A DNA stretch of 64,000 bases from Nostoc sp. DedSLP01 (GCA_034530875.2 JAVRCJ020000006.1:192001-256000); one strand, 5' to 3'; shown: positions 30,452 through 41,662, numbered from the stretch's first letter. The notes: generated by a model from the sequence alone, not told the origin. Made by a program: numbers and translations.

Positions 30452-31924
30452 TTAATGTCTTAGGTGTAAAGCACCAAACATATTCACTAATACTTGTTTA
30501 ATCCGTCTTGCTACTCGTCTCCATAATGGCTCCTGACGATATAGCTTTTGATATCTCTGTACTATGGGGTCAAGCTGCTGTTGAAATAAAGAAAATTCAC
30601 CAGCATCAACCGCATCCTTGAAAGCAACATGACTATCTGCTGCTAGAACCACTCTTAAATCTTGCCGTTCTTTGAGGGTTTTATTGAGATGGTTAGCTTT
30701 GGGTTGAACTCGTTTTTGGGGACGCCATTCACCTTTTAAATCAGTTAAGTGCAAACGATAAGCCAGACCTTCTCTTCGATGCTGAAAACCTGATTTTTGG
30801 GATTGAGCAACTTCATCAGCACTAATGCGATCGAGCTTTAATTGTCCTGCATTCATTGCACCCTCGATTATTTCATTAATCGCTGGATGACGCACAACTA
30901 CAACATTTGTGCCTTTACTATCTTTAACGTACTGGGGTAGCCAAGCATCACCAACTGTAACATCTGCTGTTTCCCCAACCACATCATCACAATAGTCACA
31001 AGCTTTGTACTTGAAGAAGCCTAATCCCCAGTCAGTACCATAAAGGTCGCGTACAGGCATAATATGAGTGGCTATCTGTCCATCTTGTTGAATTCCAGTC
31101 ACTTCAACGCCATAGCGATTAGCGTCTGCATCCGGTAATTTTTTGCGAAAGTCAATTGCCAAAAGATTACCAGGCGCGATACCGGCTTGCCAAGCAAACA
31201 TCTCGGCGAAGCGCATACTTTTAAGATGTCCGCAAATCAGCGCTACACAAAATTTGATTCTTTCAGCTAAGACTGGATCTTGTAGCATCAAAAGACGGAC
31301 GGCTTTAATAAAACATGGAATACCAACAATGGCGTAATTTCCTGGACGTTCGCGGATTAGCTGTATTACCTCAGACATTTCTATCGGGTAATAGCGTGAC
31401 TTAGCGCCATTATGTACCTGTTCTATAGTTGTGGAAAGTTGATAAGAAAATAGTCTCGGGTCTGATTTTGAGGGATGGCGTTGATGCACGTGAATTACAC
31501 CATCTACCAGTCCTTGACTCAGAAGATTACTCACAATCCACGTTCCCATACCTCCGGAACTACCGCGATCGCGAAAATCTTTTTCTAATACATAACCCGC
31601 ATAAGTAGCCAAATGGTAGCCGATTTTATCGTGGTATTTGCCATTATTACTGAATAATGGCTGGCTAATTTGGTCTTCATTGAGACTTTTATTAGAAAAA
31701 GGACATACAGATTGAACTGAATTAGTTACAAACGACGCATCTAACGATGGATCTATAGCCGCTTGCAACTTTCCATATTCATCTAATTGCATTTTTAGAG
31801 GAGAGTCACTGATAGCAGCGCAAGCGCCACAACCTATACAGTAACTACCATTAATTACAGTTTCTAATAAGTCAGTTACGTCAGAACCTAACTTATAGTC
31901 TGCAACCTGTTGATTCTGTGTCAT
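30452..31924 (-). CDS. Coenzyme F420 hydrogenase/dehydrogenase beta-subunit (FrhB)-domain Fe-S flavoprotein
   Basis: CIGCGAC..VCP, GSSGG, SRYYP, VGIPC, CDYCDD, DVTVGDAW. Confidence 0.88.
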   Translation of the reverse strand: MTQNQQVADYKLGSDVTDLLETVINGSYCIGCGACAAISDSPLKMQLDEYGKLQAAIDPSLDASFVTNSVQSVCPFSNKSLNEDQISQPLFSNNGKYHDKIGYHLATYAGYVLEKDFRDRGSSGGMGTWIVSNLLSQGLVDGVIHVHQRHPSKSDPRLFSYQLSTTIEQVHNGAKSRYYPIEMSEVIQLIRERPGNYAIVGIPCFIKAVRLLMLQDPVLAERIKFCVALICGHLKSMRFAEMFAWQAGIAPGNLLAIDFRKKLPDADANRYGVEVTGIQQDGQIATHIMPVRDLYGTDWGLGFFKYKACDYCDDVVGETADVTVGDAWLPQYVKDSKGTNVVVVRHPAINEIIEGAMNAGQLKLDRISADEVAQSQKSGFQHRREGLAYRLHLTDLKGEWRPQKRVQPKANHLNKTLKERQDLRVVLAADSHVAFKDAVDAGEFSLFQQQLDPIVQRYQKLYRQEPLWRRVARRIKQVLVNMFGALHLRH

Positions 31925-31995
31925 AGAATTGTTTACCTACTAGCTTAAAGGTAAATTTTGTCGAGCTTGTCCCAGACAGTTATTTACCTAATAGG

Positions 31996-33447
31996 TTACC
32001 GCGAAATATTTACTACTTGCCAAAAGAGTTTTGGTGCAATTAAGAATACAGATGCAACGTATACTATTATACCGACAACTATAGAAATGCCGAGAACGGC
32101 ATAAGTAGTAATTAAGTTATTGAGAAAATATTTAACACTAAAGATAGCAAGCAACATCACTATTGTTCCTACTAAAGGAACAGCACCTTGGCGTAGATAA
32201 GTCCACACATCAATCCGAATTAACTTCCAAACTACCCAAATATTCAGCGGCGCCATCAAATAACCTCTGATTACGTAAGCAGCTGCAACAGCCACAATTC
32301 CCCATCTAACTGCTATGGCAAAAGCAATAACATTGCTGACTGCTTGTATAAAATCTAAAGCTAACTTCCAAGAAGGTTTTCCAACGGCCATCATCATAGA
32401 ACCATTGAAATAAAAATAAGCATAAAGAATACCTATAAGATTTAAAACTTGCATGACTGGAATACTTGGCGACCACTTTTGTCCAAATACAACTGTCACA
32501 ATTTCCGGTGCTAATATTACTGTGGCTAAGAACCCAGGAAAAGTAATTAAACTTGTCATTTGGATTCCTTTGTAAAGGGCATTGCGTAATCTTTCGGGTT
32601 CTCCTTGTAATCGAGAAAACGTAGGCAGAGAAACTTTGACAATAACGCTAGTCAGCAATTGTGTTAAAATTAATAGCAAACGATACGCAACGGTATAATA
32701 ACCCAACGCAATCGAACCCAAAAAATAACCAATTAAAAAATCGTCTGAACGACGGTTTAAGAAATTAAATAAATTCATTCCCATGACATTCACGCCAAAG
32801 GAAAATAATTCTTTAAAGTGTCTTTGGGAAAATCTGAATCCTGGACGCCAATCACTAACCCACCAAAGTACTAAAACTTGTACAAAACTATTAGTTAATT
32901 GCTGACCTACAAGACTCCAAACTCCAAATCCCATAAACGCCATAGTTAAGCCTACTACACCGCCGATAATCACAGCTACCAATGAGCGTATTGCGAGGGA
33001 TTTGAAAGCTAACTTGCGCTGAAAAGTTGCTTCTTGAACGCTACTAAAAGCACTGATTAAAAAGCCTAAGGATAAATAGCGAATGATTGGCGTAATCTGC
33101 GGTTCTTTGAATAAATCAGCAATCAAGCCAGCACAAGCAATACTTAGTATTGCTGCCAGTCCGCTGACTCCTAAATTAGTCCAAAAAGCTGTATCTAAAT
33201 GTTCTTTTTCTAAATCTTCACGTTGGACGATCGCTTGAGAAAGACCTTGGTCAAGAAATACTTGCAAAAAATTTATAAATATAGTCGATAGAGCAACTAA
33301 TCCAAAAGTTTCCGGCCCCAGCAAACGTGCCAGGATTAAGAAAACCCCAAGGGAAATTATTTGGCGTCCCCAACTATCTAAAGCAGACCAAAATACTCCT
33401 TTAATAGCCTTTTGTCGTAAATCTGATGATTCTTTTTGTGGTTGCAT
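31996..33447 (-). CDS. wzx: Wzx-type polysaccharide flippase (MOP superfamily)
   Basis: LARLLGPETFGL, DQGLSQAIVQ, FGVWSLV, DDFLIGYFLG..LGYYTVAYRL. Confidence 0.88.
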   Translation of the reverse strand: MQPQKESSDLRQKAIKGVFWSALDSWGRQIISLGVFLILARLLGPETFGLVALSTIFINFLQVFLDQGLSQAIVQREDLEKEHLDTAFWTNLGVSGLAAILSIACAGLIADLFKEPQITPIIRYLSLGFLISAFSSVQEATFQRKLAFKSLAIRSLVAVIIGGVVGLTMAFMGFGVWSLVGQQLTNSFVQVLVLWWVSDWRPGFRFSQRHFKELFSFGVNVMGMNLFNFLNRRSDDFLIGYFLGSIALGYYTVAYRLLLILTQLLTSVIVKVSLPTFSRLQGEPERLRNALYKGIQMTSLITFPGFLATVILAPEIVTVVFGQKWSPSIPVMQVLNLIGILYAYFYFNGSMMMAVGKPSWKLALDFIQAVSNVIAFAIAVRWGIVAVAAAYVIRGYLMAPLNIWVVWKLIRIDVWTYLRQGAVPLVGTIVMLLAIFSVKYFLNNLITTYAVLGISIVVGIIVYVASVFLIAPKLFWQVVNISR

Positions 33448-34007
33448 TATACAATTTACTGATGAACTAGCTTAATATTTAACTGTCAGATTTTTTGATT
33501 CGCTAACTAGTTGTATTATTGAGTTTTTATTTAAATTACTAATTATATTTTGCAAAGATTATAGTTATTAGTATAGCTTTATCGTCTATATAAAGACATA
33601 GCAGAATATATATTCTCTGGTTAATATAATTCTTACAAATAATCTTGTTTAAACTTGAAAGACTTAGTTAATGAAGACTTTACCACAAAAATTTTCCACA
33701 TTTGCAGCCCAAAAATAAACTTTAGCCAAAAATTCATTCATAACTTTATCGAATTTTTATATTAAAGTATTTGATTGTTTATATCTTTATTTTTGAAGTA
33801 TATGTAATCTGTGTCAGCCTATTGATTTAGAATATCAAACAATCAATATGGTTCCTGATTCAAGAATCAGTGCTCGAAAATTTTCTCTTGGCTCTTGGCT
33901 AGAGATGTCAGCCATTTTTGTCGGCAGTTAAAATTGATGAGGATAGATTGAAATTTATTAAACAGCTGAGATAACTCAAGCTCGATAGATAGTCTAATAC
34001 TAAATCA

Positions 34008-34112
34008 TAAGTAGAAGGCAGGAGGCAGAAGGCAGAACGCAGAAGGTAAAAACCAGTTGAAGAGAGGATTTGAAAGATTGACATTTTACATTTAATTATG
34101 TCCACCTACTTA
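34008..34112. mobile_element. MITE-like element with TAAGTAG..CCTACTTA ends
   Basis: Inverted homologue of 58228-58351; shared TTTTACATTTAATTATGTC and AGGCAG(G/A) heptamers. Confidence 0.7.
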
Positions 34113-34626
34113 CAAATTAGTTATCAATAGTAATTTATAGTTTGTATTTATCTTTAATTACTATACATAGTTTTATAGCTATGAAGTGCAAATACGAGTC
34201 CAGTTATTGTGTATTTTAACGAACAATAGCTAAATTCCTGCGATCGAGCTGATATTTTTGCATAGTCTTGAGACTTAAATTTAAATAAATAGCTTAATTA
34301 TACCAGTAAATTAAATACCAATTTTACAAAGGTATAGTATTTAACTTGATTGGCAAATTTTTGAAAGTCTTGTTTAATAAGCTAAAGTTACCAGGGCGTC
34401 ATAAACTTGACTTTAGACGTTTAAAGTGTCACACTCTGATGATTTTGGCATGTTCCTGAAGAGGTATCCTCTAGAGTGCGCATAAAATTTGGGAAAGCTT
34501 TTGAGCAGTTTCTCCAAAGGAGCCAGTCTGTTACGAAACTTTCCCGAAATTGTAGGAACTGGCGTCAAAACCTCTAACACCAGATTGCCTGCCGTTGAGG
34601 TAAAAGTGAAGATTGGTTAAAAAGTT

Positions 34627-35547
34627 TTGCTTTGGGGAGATTTTATAGTTATGCATTCTTCAATTGTAGGACAAGCTTTTTTGCGGTTCATCAAATCGTT
34701 TAGTTTTTTATTGGCAAAGATGAAATTTCGCGTGCCAAAGATTAATCGAAATCGAATGAGCCACATTTTTGGAATCCCAAATCCTATTTTGTGGATAGTG
34801 CTGTTAACATCACTGCTACTGTCTGGTTGTGTTAAGTATGATGTGGGAGTTAACTTTAATAACTCAAATAGTGGGGAACTAGTACAACATATTAAGTTAG
34901 GAGAACAGCTAACGAGTTTTAGTGGCGATTATGTATACGAATGGTTAAATAGTATAGAGCGCCGCGCTCGGAAACTTGAAGGTAAAGCACAGCGAGTTTC
35001 TCCAGAAGAAATGATTGTGACAATTCCTTTTAGCAGTGGTGGGGAATTGCAAGAAAAGTTCAACGAATTTTTTAACTCGCGTGTTAATCAAGTCTCTGAG
35101 CCTGCGCCAAGTAAATCTGATTCAGAACTACCGAAAATTGAATCAAACGTTATTTTGGAGCAGAACAATTTTTTACTGTTAGTAAAAAATCGGTTGATTT
35201 ATGATTTAGATTTGCGATCGCTATCTTTAATTTCTAGCAATGGTAACGTCTTGGCGAATGCTGGTTCAATTCTCGATTTTGAATTCAGCTTAAAGACTCC
35301 TTGGGGAGCAAAAAATATTTCCCTAACTGAAACCGCGATCGAACCAGAAAAGAATGGCAATCAACTGTTGTGGAAACTCCAGCCTGGGCAGCTAAATCAC
35401 ATAGAAGCTGTCTTCTGGCTTCCCAGCCCCCTTGGTATCGGTGCATTGTTAATTATCCTCTTTGTCTTGGGAGGATTGTATTTGAGATACAATTTCATGC
35501 CAGATCCTAGAATGCAGTTTTATTCCAAAGCAGCAACTCAAGAATAA
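34627..35547 (+). CDS. DUF3153 family lipoprotein/membrane protein
   Basis: LLLSGCV lipobox-like; LDLRSL, W.LQPGQLNHIEAVFWLPSPLGIG; real start probably a downstream ATG. Confidence 0.8.
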   Translation: MLWGDFIVMHSSIVGQAFLRFIKSFSFLLAKMKFRVPKINRNRMSHIFGIPNPILWIVLLTSLLLSGCVKYDVGVNFNNSNSGELVQHIKLGEQLTSFSGDYVYEWLNSIERRARKLEGKAQRVSPEEMIVTIPFSSGGELQEKFNEFFNSRVNQVSEPAPSKSDSELPKIESNVILEQNNFLLLVKNRLIYDLDLRSLSLISSNGNVLANAGSILDFEFSLKTPWGAKNISLTETAIEPEKNGNQLLWKLQPGQLNHIEAVFWLPSPLGIGALLIILFVLGGLYLRYNFMPDPRMQFYSKAATQE

Positions 35548-35552
35548 TACAG

Positions 35553-35692
35553 TGGGCATGGGGCAAACAATGAGTGTGGGAGGTGTGGGAGGTGTGGGGG
35601 GATGGGGAAGAAATCTTTTCCCCCACACTCCCCACACTCCCCACACTCCCCTCTCTCCCCATCTCCCCATCTCCCCATCTCCCCATCTCCCA
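35553..35692. repeat. G-rich/C-rich modular hairpin repeat between convergent genes
   Basis: GGGCAAACAATGAGTGTGGGAGG identical to 7592-7614; CCCCACACT x3, CTCCCCAT x4. Confidence 0.8.
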
Positions 35693-35701
35693 ACGTCTTC
35701 T

Positions 35702-36352
35702 TTACGGCGATAACCGCTGAATTTTCCAAGTGCCATTATCGAGATGGCTATAGAGTAAGCGGTCGTGCAAGCGGCTAGGGCGTCCTTGCCAGAATTCAAT
35801 TTCTGTGGGAATCACTCGTAAGCCTCCCCAATGAGGCGGCCGGGGGATTTCTTGATTTTCATATTGGCTTTTAAACTCCTCCATACGTCGCTCAAGAACT
35901 TCTCGGCTTGCTAGCACTTCGCTTTGATTAGATACCCACGCACCGAGGCGGCTGTTGGCAGGGCGAGTGTGAAAATATCGATCGGACTCGGTTTCGGAAA
36001 CTTTCTCTACATAGCCACAAATCCGCACTTGACGTTCCAGTTCCGCCCACCAAAAAACTAAAGCCGCTTGGGGATTTTCTGCCAGTTCTTGTCCTTTGTG
36101 ACTGTTATAGTTAGTGAAGAATGTAAAGCCCCGTTCGTCAAAATCCTTAAGCAGCACCATTCTGGCTGAAGGCTTACCATCTGGTGTGGCGGTAGCAATG
36201 GTCATGGCATTGGGTTCGGGAAGTTGGGCCGCTAATGCCTGATCGAACCATTTTTTAAATTGAACAAAAGGATTGAGGTCAACTTCGAGTTCGCTCAAAC
36301 CTTCTAAGGTGTAGTCTTTGCGAAGGTCAGCTATGGTTTTGTCCATTGTCAT
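35702..36352 (-). CDS. pdxH: Pyridoxamine 5'-phosphate oxidase
   Basis: [41 protein letters not shown]. Confidence 0.96.
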   Translation of the reverse strand: MTMDKTIADLRKDYTLEGLSELEVDLNPFVQFKKWFDQALAAQLPEPNAMTIATATPDGKPSARMVLLKDFDERGFTFFTNYNSHKGQELAENPQAALVFWWAELERQVRICGYVEKVSETESDRYFHTRPANSRLGAWVSNQSEVLASREVLERRMEEFKSQYENQEIPRPPHWGGLRVIPTEIEFWQGRPSRLHDRLLYSHLDNGTWKIQRLSP

Positions 36353-36474
36353 TTGCTTTCTAGCTATCAGATAGGCTAATACATAATCTGTGTTAAAAAT
36401 ATCTACGATCGCGATCGCCACTAACGCCAGTTTTACAATTTATCTCAAGTAGTCCTAAAAACAGATTGCATCAG

Positions 36475-37560
36475 ATGCGCCGTACCGCCTCCCTTAAACG
36501 TCTGTTAATCTATGGTCTGAGCGGCCCGCTGATCGCTCTCAATGTCTGGTTGTTATCTGTGCTTTTTCGTTATTTTCAGCACCCAATTAGCATTTTGAGC
36601 ATTGCAGCAATTTTGGCTTTTTTACTCAATTACCCGGTTAAGTTTTTTGAACGCGCCCGGATTACTCGCACTCAAGCGGTGATTGTTGTTTTGCTTGCTA
36701 CTTTAACTATTGTGGCGATCCTGGGCTTGACACTAGTACCGATGGTAATTGACCAAACAATCCAATTATTAAATAAGATTCCTGATTGGTTAACTGCCAG
36801 TCAAGCAAACCTAAAGCTGTTTGAAGCCTTCGCCAAACAACGACGTTTGCCAATCGATCTGACGGTTGTGACCAATCAAATTAATGCCAACATTGAGAAT
36901 TTAGTGCAACAGCTAGCTACTGGTGCGGTAGGATTTGCTGGAACGCTGCTTTCAGGATTATTTAACCTAGTGCTAATAGTGGTGCTGGCATTTTATATGC
37001 TTTTGTATGGCGATCGCGTCTGGTATGGTTTAGCAAATCTTTTGCCCTCTGATATCGGAGATCCCCTGACTGCATCTTTGCGGCTAAATTTCCAAAACTT
37101 CTTCCTGGGCCAGTTATTACTAGGGCTATTTATGGTGATAACTCTAACGCCAATTTTCTTAGTCATGAAGGTGCCCTTTGCTCTATTATTTGCCATACTA
37201 ATCGGGATTTCAGAACTTATTCCCTTTATTGGAGCATCTCTAGGCATCGGTTTAGTGACGATTTTAGTATTGTTGCAAAATTGGTGGTTAGCAGTTCAAG
37301 TTGCCGTGGTAGCAATTCTCATGCAACAAGTTAAAGATAATTTATTAGCTCCCAGATTACTCGGCAACTTTATCGGACTCAATCCCATCTGGATTTTTGT
37401 TGCTATTTTGATGGGATATGAAATTGCTGGATTGTTAGGAACGCTTGTTGCTGTTCCGATTGCTGGTACTATTAAAGGTACTTTTGATGCTATTAAAAGC
37501 GGCAAATCTGGCGAATTTGTATCAAAAGTCATTATTGAGGATGAGCCATCCCTTGATTAA
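36475..37560 (+). CDS. AI-2E family transporter
   Basis: AFLLNYPV, IPFIG, QQVKDNLLAPRLLG..GLNP, GLLGTLVAVP. Confidence 0.9.
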   Translation: MRRTASLKRLLIYGLSGPLIALNVWLLSVLFRYFQHPISILSIAAILAFLLNYPVKFFERARITRTQAVIVVLLATLTIVAILGLTLVPMVIDQTIQLLNKIPDWLTASQANLKLFEAFAKQRRLPIDLTVVTNQINANIENLVQQLATGAVGFAGTLLSGLFNLVLIVVLAFYMLLYGDRVWYGLANLLPSDIGDPLTASLRLNFQNFFLGQLLLGLFMVITLTPIFLVMKVPFALLFAILIGISELIPFIGASLGIGLVTILVLLQNWWLAVQVAVVAILMQQVKDNLLAPRLLGNFIGLNPIWIFVAILMGYEIAGLLGTLVAVPIAGTIKGTFDAIKSGKSGEFVSKVIIEDEPSLD

Positions 37561-37898
37561 ATTATCTAACAAATAAACCCAGCAGCGATCGCATAACAAG
37601 ACCCCGTGCTGGGAAGGTATAGTTTATTCTGGCCATGTTTGATTTGGTTAGCGCTTATTTGCCAAAAATAATGCGTCTCCCTACCTACAATAACTAAAAT
37701 GTTTGCAAAACTTAGTTAATAAACGTTAACAACCAGGTTAATTTACAGTTAAGCCCAGAGGAATGGGGGATGGGGAAGCAGAGGAGGCAGAGGAGGCAGA
37801 GGAAGCAGGGGAAAACTAATGACCAATGACCAATGACTAATGACTAATAATATAAGAAAGCGCTTCACACTTCTTAAATAATCAGCTTTGCAAGAACT

Positions 37899-39407
37899 AT
37901 GGCCAGAGACTTACGGGGATTCATTAAAATTCTAGAAGAAAAAGGACAATTACGGCGGATTTCAGCTTTGGTTGACCCAGATTTAGAAATTGCTGAGATT
38001 TCTAATCGAATGCTACAGAAAGGCGGGCCAGGGTTGTTGTTTGAAAACGTCAAAGGTTCTTCTTTCCCGGTGGCGGTGAATTTGATGGGAACAGTGGAAA
38101 GAATTTGCTGGGCGATGAATATGCAGCATCCAGAGGAGTTGGAAACTCTGGGGAAAAAGTTGAGTATGCTGCAACAACCAAAACCACCAAAGAAGATTTC
38201 CCAGGCTATAGATTTTGGTAAGGTGCTGTTTGATGTGGTGAAGGCAAAACCAGGACGGGACTTTTTCCCGGCTTGTCAGCAAGTTGCGATTCAAGGCGAT
38301 GATTTGGATTTAAATAAGTTGCCTTTGATACGTCCTTATGTCAATGATGCTGGCAAGATTATTACCCTGGGATTAGTAATTACTAAGGATTGCGAGACTG
38401 GTACGCCGAATGTAGGAGTGTATCGCTTGCAACTACAATCCAAAAATACGATGACGGTTCACTGGTTATCGGTGCGGGGTGGGGCAAGGCATTTGCGAAA
38501 AGCGGCCGAACGTGGGAAAAAATTAGAAGTAGCGATCGCACTTGGTGTAGATCCTTTAATTATCATGGCAGCAGCTACGCCGATTCCTGTAGATTTATCA
38601 GAATGGCTGTTTGCTGGGCTTTATGGCGGTTCGGGCGTGCAGTTGGCGAAGTGTAAAACTGTAGATTTGGAAGTTCCCGCAGATTCAGAATTTGTCTTGG
38701 AAGGAACGATTACACCAGGAGAAGTTTTGCCGGACGGGCCTTTTGGCGACCACATGGGTTATTACGGTGGCGTTGAAGATTCGCCTTTGATTCGTTTTCA
38801 ATGCATGACGCACCGCAAAGATCCGATTTACTTAACAACATTTAGCGGTCGTCCACCCAAAGAAGAAGCGATGATGGCGATCGCACTTAATCGCATCTAT
38901 ACACCTATCCTGCGGCAACAAGTCTCCGAAATCGTCGATTTCTTCTTACCAATGGAAGCTTTGAGTTACAAAGCCGCGATTATTTCCATTGACAAAGCAT
39001 ATCCGGGACAAGCAAGACGGGCGGCTTTGGCGTTTTGGAGTGCTTTACCACAATTTACATACACCAAATTTGTTATTGTCGTCGATAAAGATATAAATAT
39101 TCGCGATCCGCGTCAAGTTGTATGGGCAATTAGTTCTAAAGTTGATCCAGCTCGAGACGTGTTTATTTTGCCGAATACACCCTTTGATAGTTTGGATTTT
39201 GCCAGCGAAAAAATTGGCTTGGGCGGACGCATGGGAATTGATGCTACTACAAAGATTCCACCAGAAACAGACCATGAATGGGGTGCAACTTTAGAATCAG
39301 ATCCAGATGTAGCGGCGATGGTAGATAGACGATGGGCGGAGTATGGTTTGGCAGAGTTGCAATTAGGAGAAGTTGACCCAAATTTATTTGGCTACGATAT
39401 GAAGTAG
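37899..39407 (+). CDS. ubiD: UbiD family decarboxylase (plastoquinone pathway)
   Basis: DLRGFI, NVGVYRLQ, EFVLEG, DGPFGDHMGYY, GRPPKEE, MGIDAT. Confidence 0.95.
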   Translation: MARDLRGFIKILEEKGQLRRISALVDPDLEIAEISNRMLQKGGPGLLFENVKGSSFPVAVNLMGTVERICWAMNMQHPEELETLGKKLSMLQQPKPPKKISQAIDFGKVLFDVVKAKPGRDFFPACQQVAIQGDDLDLNKLPLIRPYVNDAGKIITLGLVITKDCETGTPNVGVYRLQLQSKNTMTVHWLSVRGGARHLRKAAERGKKLEVAIALGVDPLIIMAAATPIPVDLSEWLFAGLYGGSGVQLAKCKTVDLEVPADSEFVLEGTITPGEVLPDGPFGDHMGYYGGVEDSPLIRFQCMTHRKDPIYLTTFSGRPPKEEAMMAIALNRIYTPILRQQVSEIVDFFLPMEALSYKAAIISIDKAYPGQARRAALAFWSALPQFTYTKFVIVVDKDINIRDPRQVVWAISSKVDPARDVFILPNTPFDSLDFASEKIGLGGRMGIDATTKIPPETDHEWGATLESDPDVAAMVDRRWAEYGLAELQLGEVDPNLFGYDMK

Positions 39408-39429
39408 TATTTCGTATCCTGGTGCGTTA

Positions 39430-39592
39430 GAGGTTGTTTGAAAAGTATTTTACTGTGATTTTAGGCGCGTTTAGATCCCCCCTAACCCCCCTTAAAAAGG
39501 GGGGAACTGGAATCAAAGTCCCCCTTTTTAAGGGGGATTTAGGGGGATCTAGAACTTTTCGATACCGACAAGAGGACTTTTCAAACATCTTC
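39430..39592. mobile_element. 163-bp MITE with 17-bp TIRs and TTA target duplication
   Basis: TTA|GAGGTTGTTTGAAAAGT ... ACTTTTCAAACATCTTC|TTA; internal CCCCCCTTAAAAAGGGGGG palindromes. Confidence 0.85.
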
Positions 39593-39741
39593 TTAGGCTG
39601 TGCCAACAACGCACCCTAAATTTGAATTGTTTAAGTGCTAAACTTTGCCCTTTGTTGTTATCTAATTGAATAACAGATTTACGAGTCGCAAAAGTTAATT
39701 TCCAACATGAGAACGCGATAATTTTAAATTTTGGATTGCTT

Positions 39742-40527
39742 ATGCCTTCTCCATTTCCAGGAATGAATCCGTATTTAGAAGATCCTGCATTATGGCCGGG
39801 AGTAGATGGGAGACTAATAGTAGCGATCGCAGATTTTCTTTCTCCTCAACTGCGTCCTAAATATTTTGTCGCTATTGAAGAACGCATTTATCAAACTACT
39901 GGCGATGATAGGCTTTTAGTTGGTATTCCTGATGTCATCATCAAAAATTCGCAGACAGAAATAAATCCTAAAATACCGAACATAGCTTTAGCTACACCTG
40001 TGGTTCAACCTAAAACAGTAACAGTTCCTATACCTGAGACAGTCAAAGAGAGATATTTAGAAGTGCGAAAAGTAGGAACACAAGAAGTAGTAACAGCAAT
40101 TGAAGTTCTCTCACCAAAAAACAAACGCCCAGGAGAAGGACGCAACGCATACGAAACTAAGCGACAGAGAGTGTTAGGAAGTTTAACACATTTGGTAGAA
40201 ATTGATTTATTACGCCCTGGAGAAGCAATGCTAGTTTTTGGCGATGGTACGCAAAATGACTACCGGATTTTAGTTAGTCGTGCAGAAAATCGTCCCCAAT
40301 CTCATTTATATGCTTTCAATTTACAAGATGTAATTCCCTCGTTTCCATTGCCATTGCGAACTGGCGATAATGAACCTTTGGTAAATTTGCAGAGTTTGTT
40401 AGCTGGAATTTATGACCGCGCCAGTTATGACTTAGTAATAGATTATAGTCAACAGCCAGCATTACAATTGTCAGAAGAGAATGCGGTTTGGGTAGATGGA
40501 TTATTACGAGAGAAAGGGCTGCGCTAA
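39742..40527 (+). CDS. DUF4058 family protein (PD-(D/E)xK-like)
   Basis: MPSPFPGMNPYLE, IPDV, VTAIEVLSPKNK, HLVEIDLLR. Confidence 0.9.
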   Translation: MPSPFPGMNPYLEDPALWPGVDGRLIVAIADFLSPQLRPKYFVAIEERIYQTTGDDRLLVGIPDVIIKNSQTEINPKIPNIALATPVVQPKTVTVPIPETVKERYLEVRKVGTQEVVTAIEVLSPKNKRPGEGRNAYETKRQRVLGSLTHLVEIDLLRPGEAMLVFGDGTQNDYRILVSRAENRPQSHLYAFNLQDVIPSFPLPLRTGDNEPLVNLQSLLAGIYDRASYDLVIDYSQQPALQLSEENAVWVDGLLREKGLR

Positions 40528-40582
40528 AAAAATTATAAAATAGTTCCTAGCTTTTAGTATACTTTATCATCGATTGATTACT

Positions 40583-41662
40583 TTACTTTAAACCATTTTT
40601 ATCCAAAAAAGTTTTTAATAATTTTTGGCTTATTTCTAATGCTTTTCTAAAATATTTAATCACTTGTTGTAAATTATCTATTTCCTCTTGAGTATTAACT
40701 TTCGCCATTTGCATTTCTAAAATTTGTTCTTCTATTTCATTAATTTTATTTCTCTGCGCTTTAATGATGTTTCTAGCATTCAAAGCAATTTGCTGCTTTA
40801 TAACATCTTCTTGAACCAAGATAATATCGTTGAAAGTTACTAGAAATTTTGCTGCTTCGCGGACTGCTAAATTTGGTGACTGAGCAAATAATGAACTAAT
40901 ACCAGTACCAGCGCCAGTACCAAGAATTGCACCACCACCAACAATCACAGTCATCCCACCTGCCATACCAAAGCCACCTGCTGCCATAGCACCTCCACCC
41001 AAGACAGCTAATACAGCTGAAATTGCCGCTGCGCCTGAAAGCCCTGGTGCAAGTATAGGAGCCAGCAAAGGGACAAGAACAGGTATTGCGATAGCAGCAG
41101 CTACGGCTGCCACAACAGCTCCCCCTATTAAGCCTCCTAACAAAAAATTTAAAGGATTTGAGCCTATAATTTCATCGATCCATTTTTGGTGATTAGATTT
41201 AAATCTTGTAACGTATTCTCTTTCTACTCCAAGCTCATTTGCAAAAAAGATGACTCTTTCTAAAATTATCGAACGAAATGTTTCGCTAATTTTTAATTTT
41301 TTGAATTGTTCATCTTCCTGGATACCAAAAGGAGTATAGAGACTAAACAGCGACAGTTCCAAGACAATTGAATATAAAGGTCGTTTTTTATTTAATGACC
41401 ACTTCATTCTTTTGAATACTTCCTCGAACGAACAATAATCAGTATATAAATATCGATTATTTTTTTCTAAGCTATTAGTAGCTAGACTTTCTAAAAAATT
41501 TTCAACTGATTTAACCCAGTGGTTTAAATATCTACGTTTAAGCTGCTTTGTTAAAAAATCTGTTTCTCTGTCAACGTCTTGTTGTATTAAAAAATATTGA
41601 AAACTATACAAAATTTTCGTTTGCTCAAAAGTTAGTCCAAACTCTTCCATTGGCGAAGTCAT
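40583..41662 (-). CDS. Hypothetical protein with long Gly/Ala-rich hydrophobic segment and C-terminal coiled coil
   Basis: Likely start MTSPMEE (41662); GLSGAAAISAVLAVLGGGAMAAGGFGMAGG; heptad-like C-terminus. Confidence 0.75.
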   Translation of the reverse strand: MTSPMEEFGLTFEQTKILYSFQYFLIQQDVDRETDFLTKQLKRRYLNHWVKSVENFLESLATNSLEKNNRYLYTDYCSFEEVFKRMKWSLNKKRPLYSIVLELSLFSLYTPFGIQEDEQFKKLKISETFRSIILERVIFFANELGVEREYVTRFKSNHQKWIDEIIGSNPLNFLLGGLIGGAVVAAVAAAIAIPVLVPLLAPILAPGLSGAAAISAVLAVLGGGAMAAGGFGMAGGMTVIVGGGAILGTGAGTGISSLFAQSPNLAVREAAKFLVTFNDIILVQEDVIKQQIALNARNIIKAQRNKINEIEEQILEMQMAKVNTQEEIDNLQQVIKYFRKALEISQKLLKTFLDKNGLK

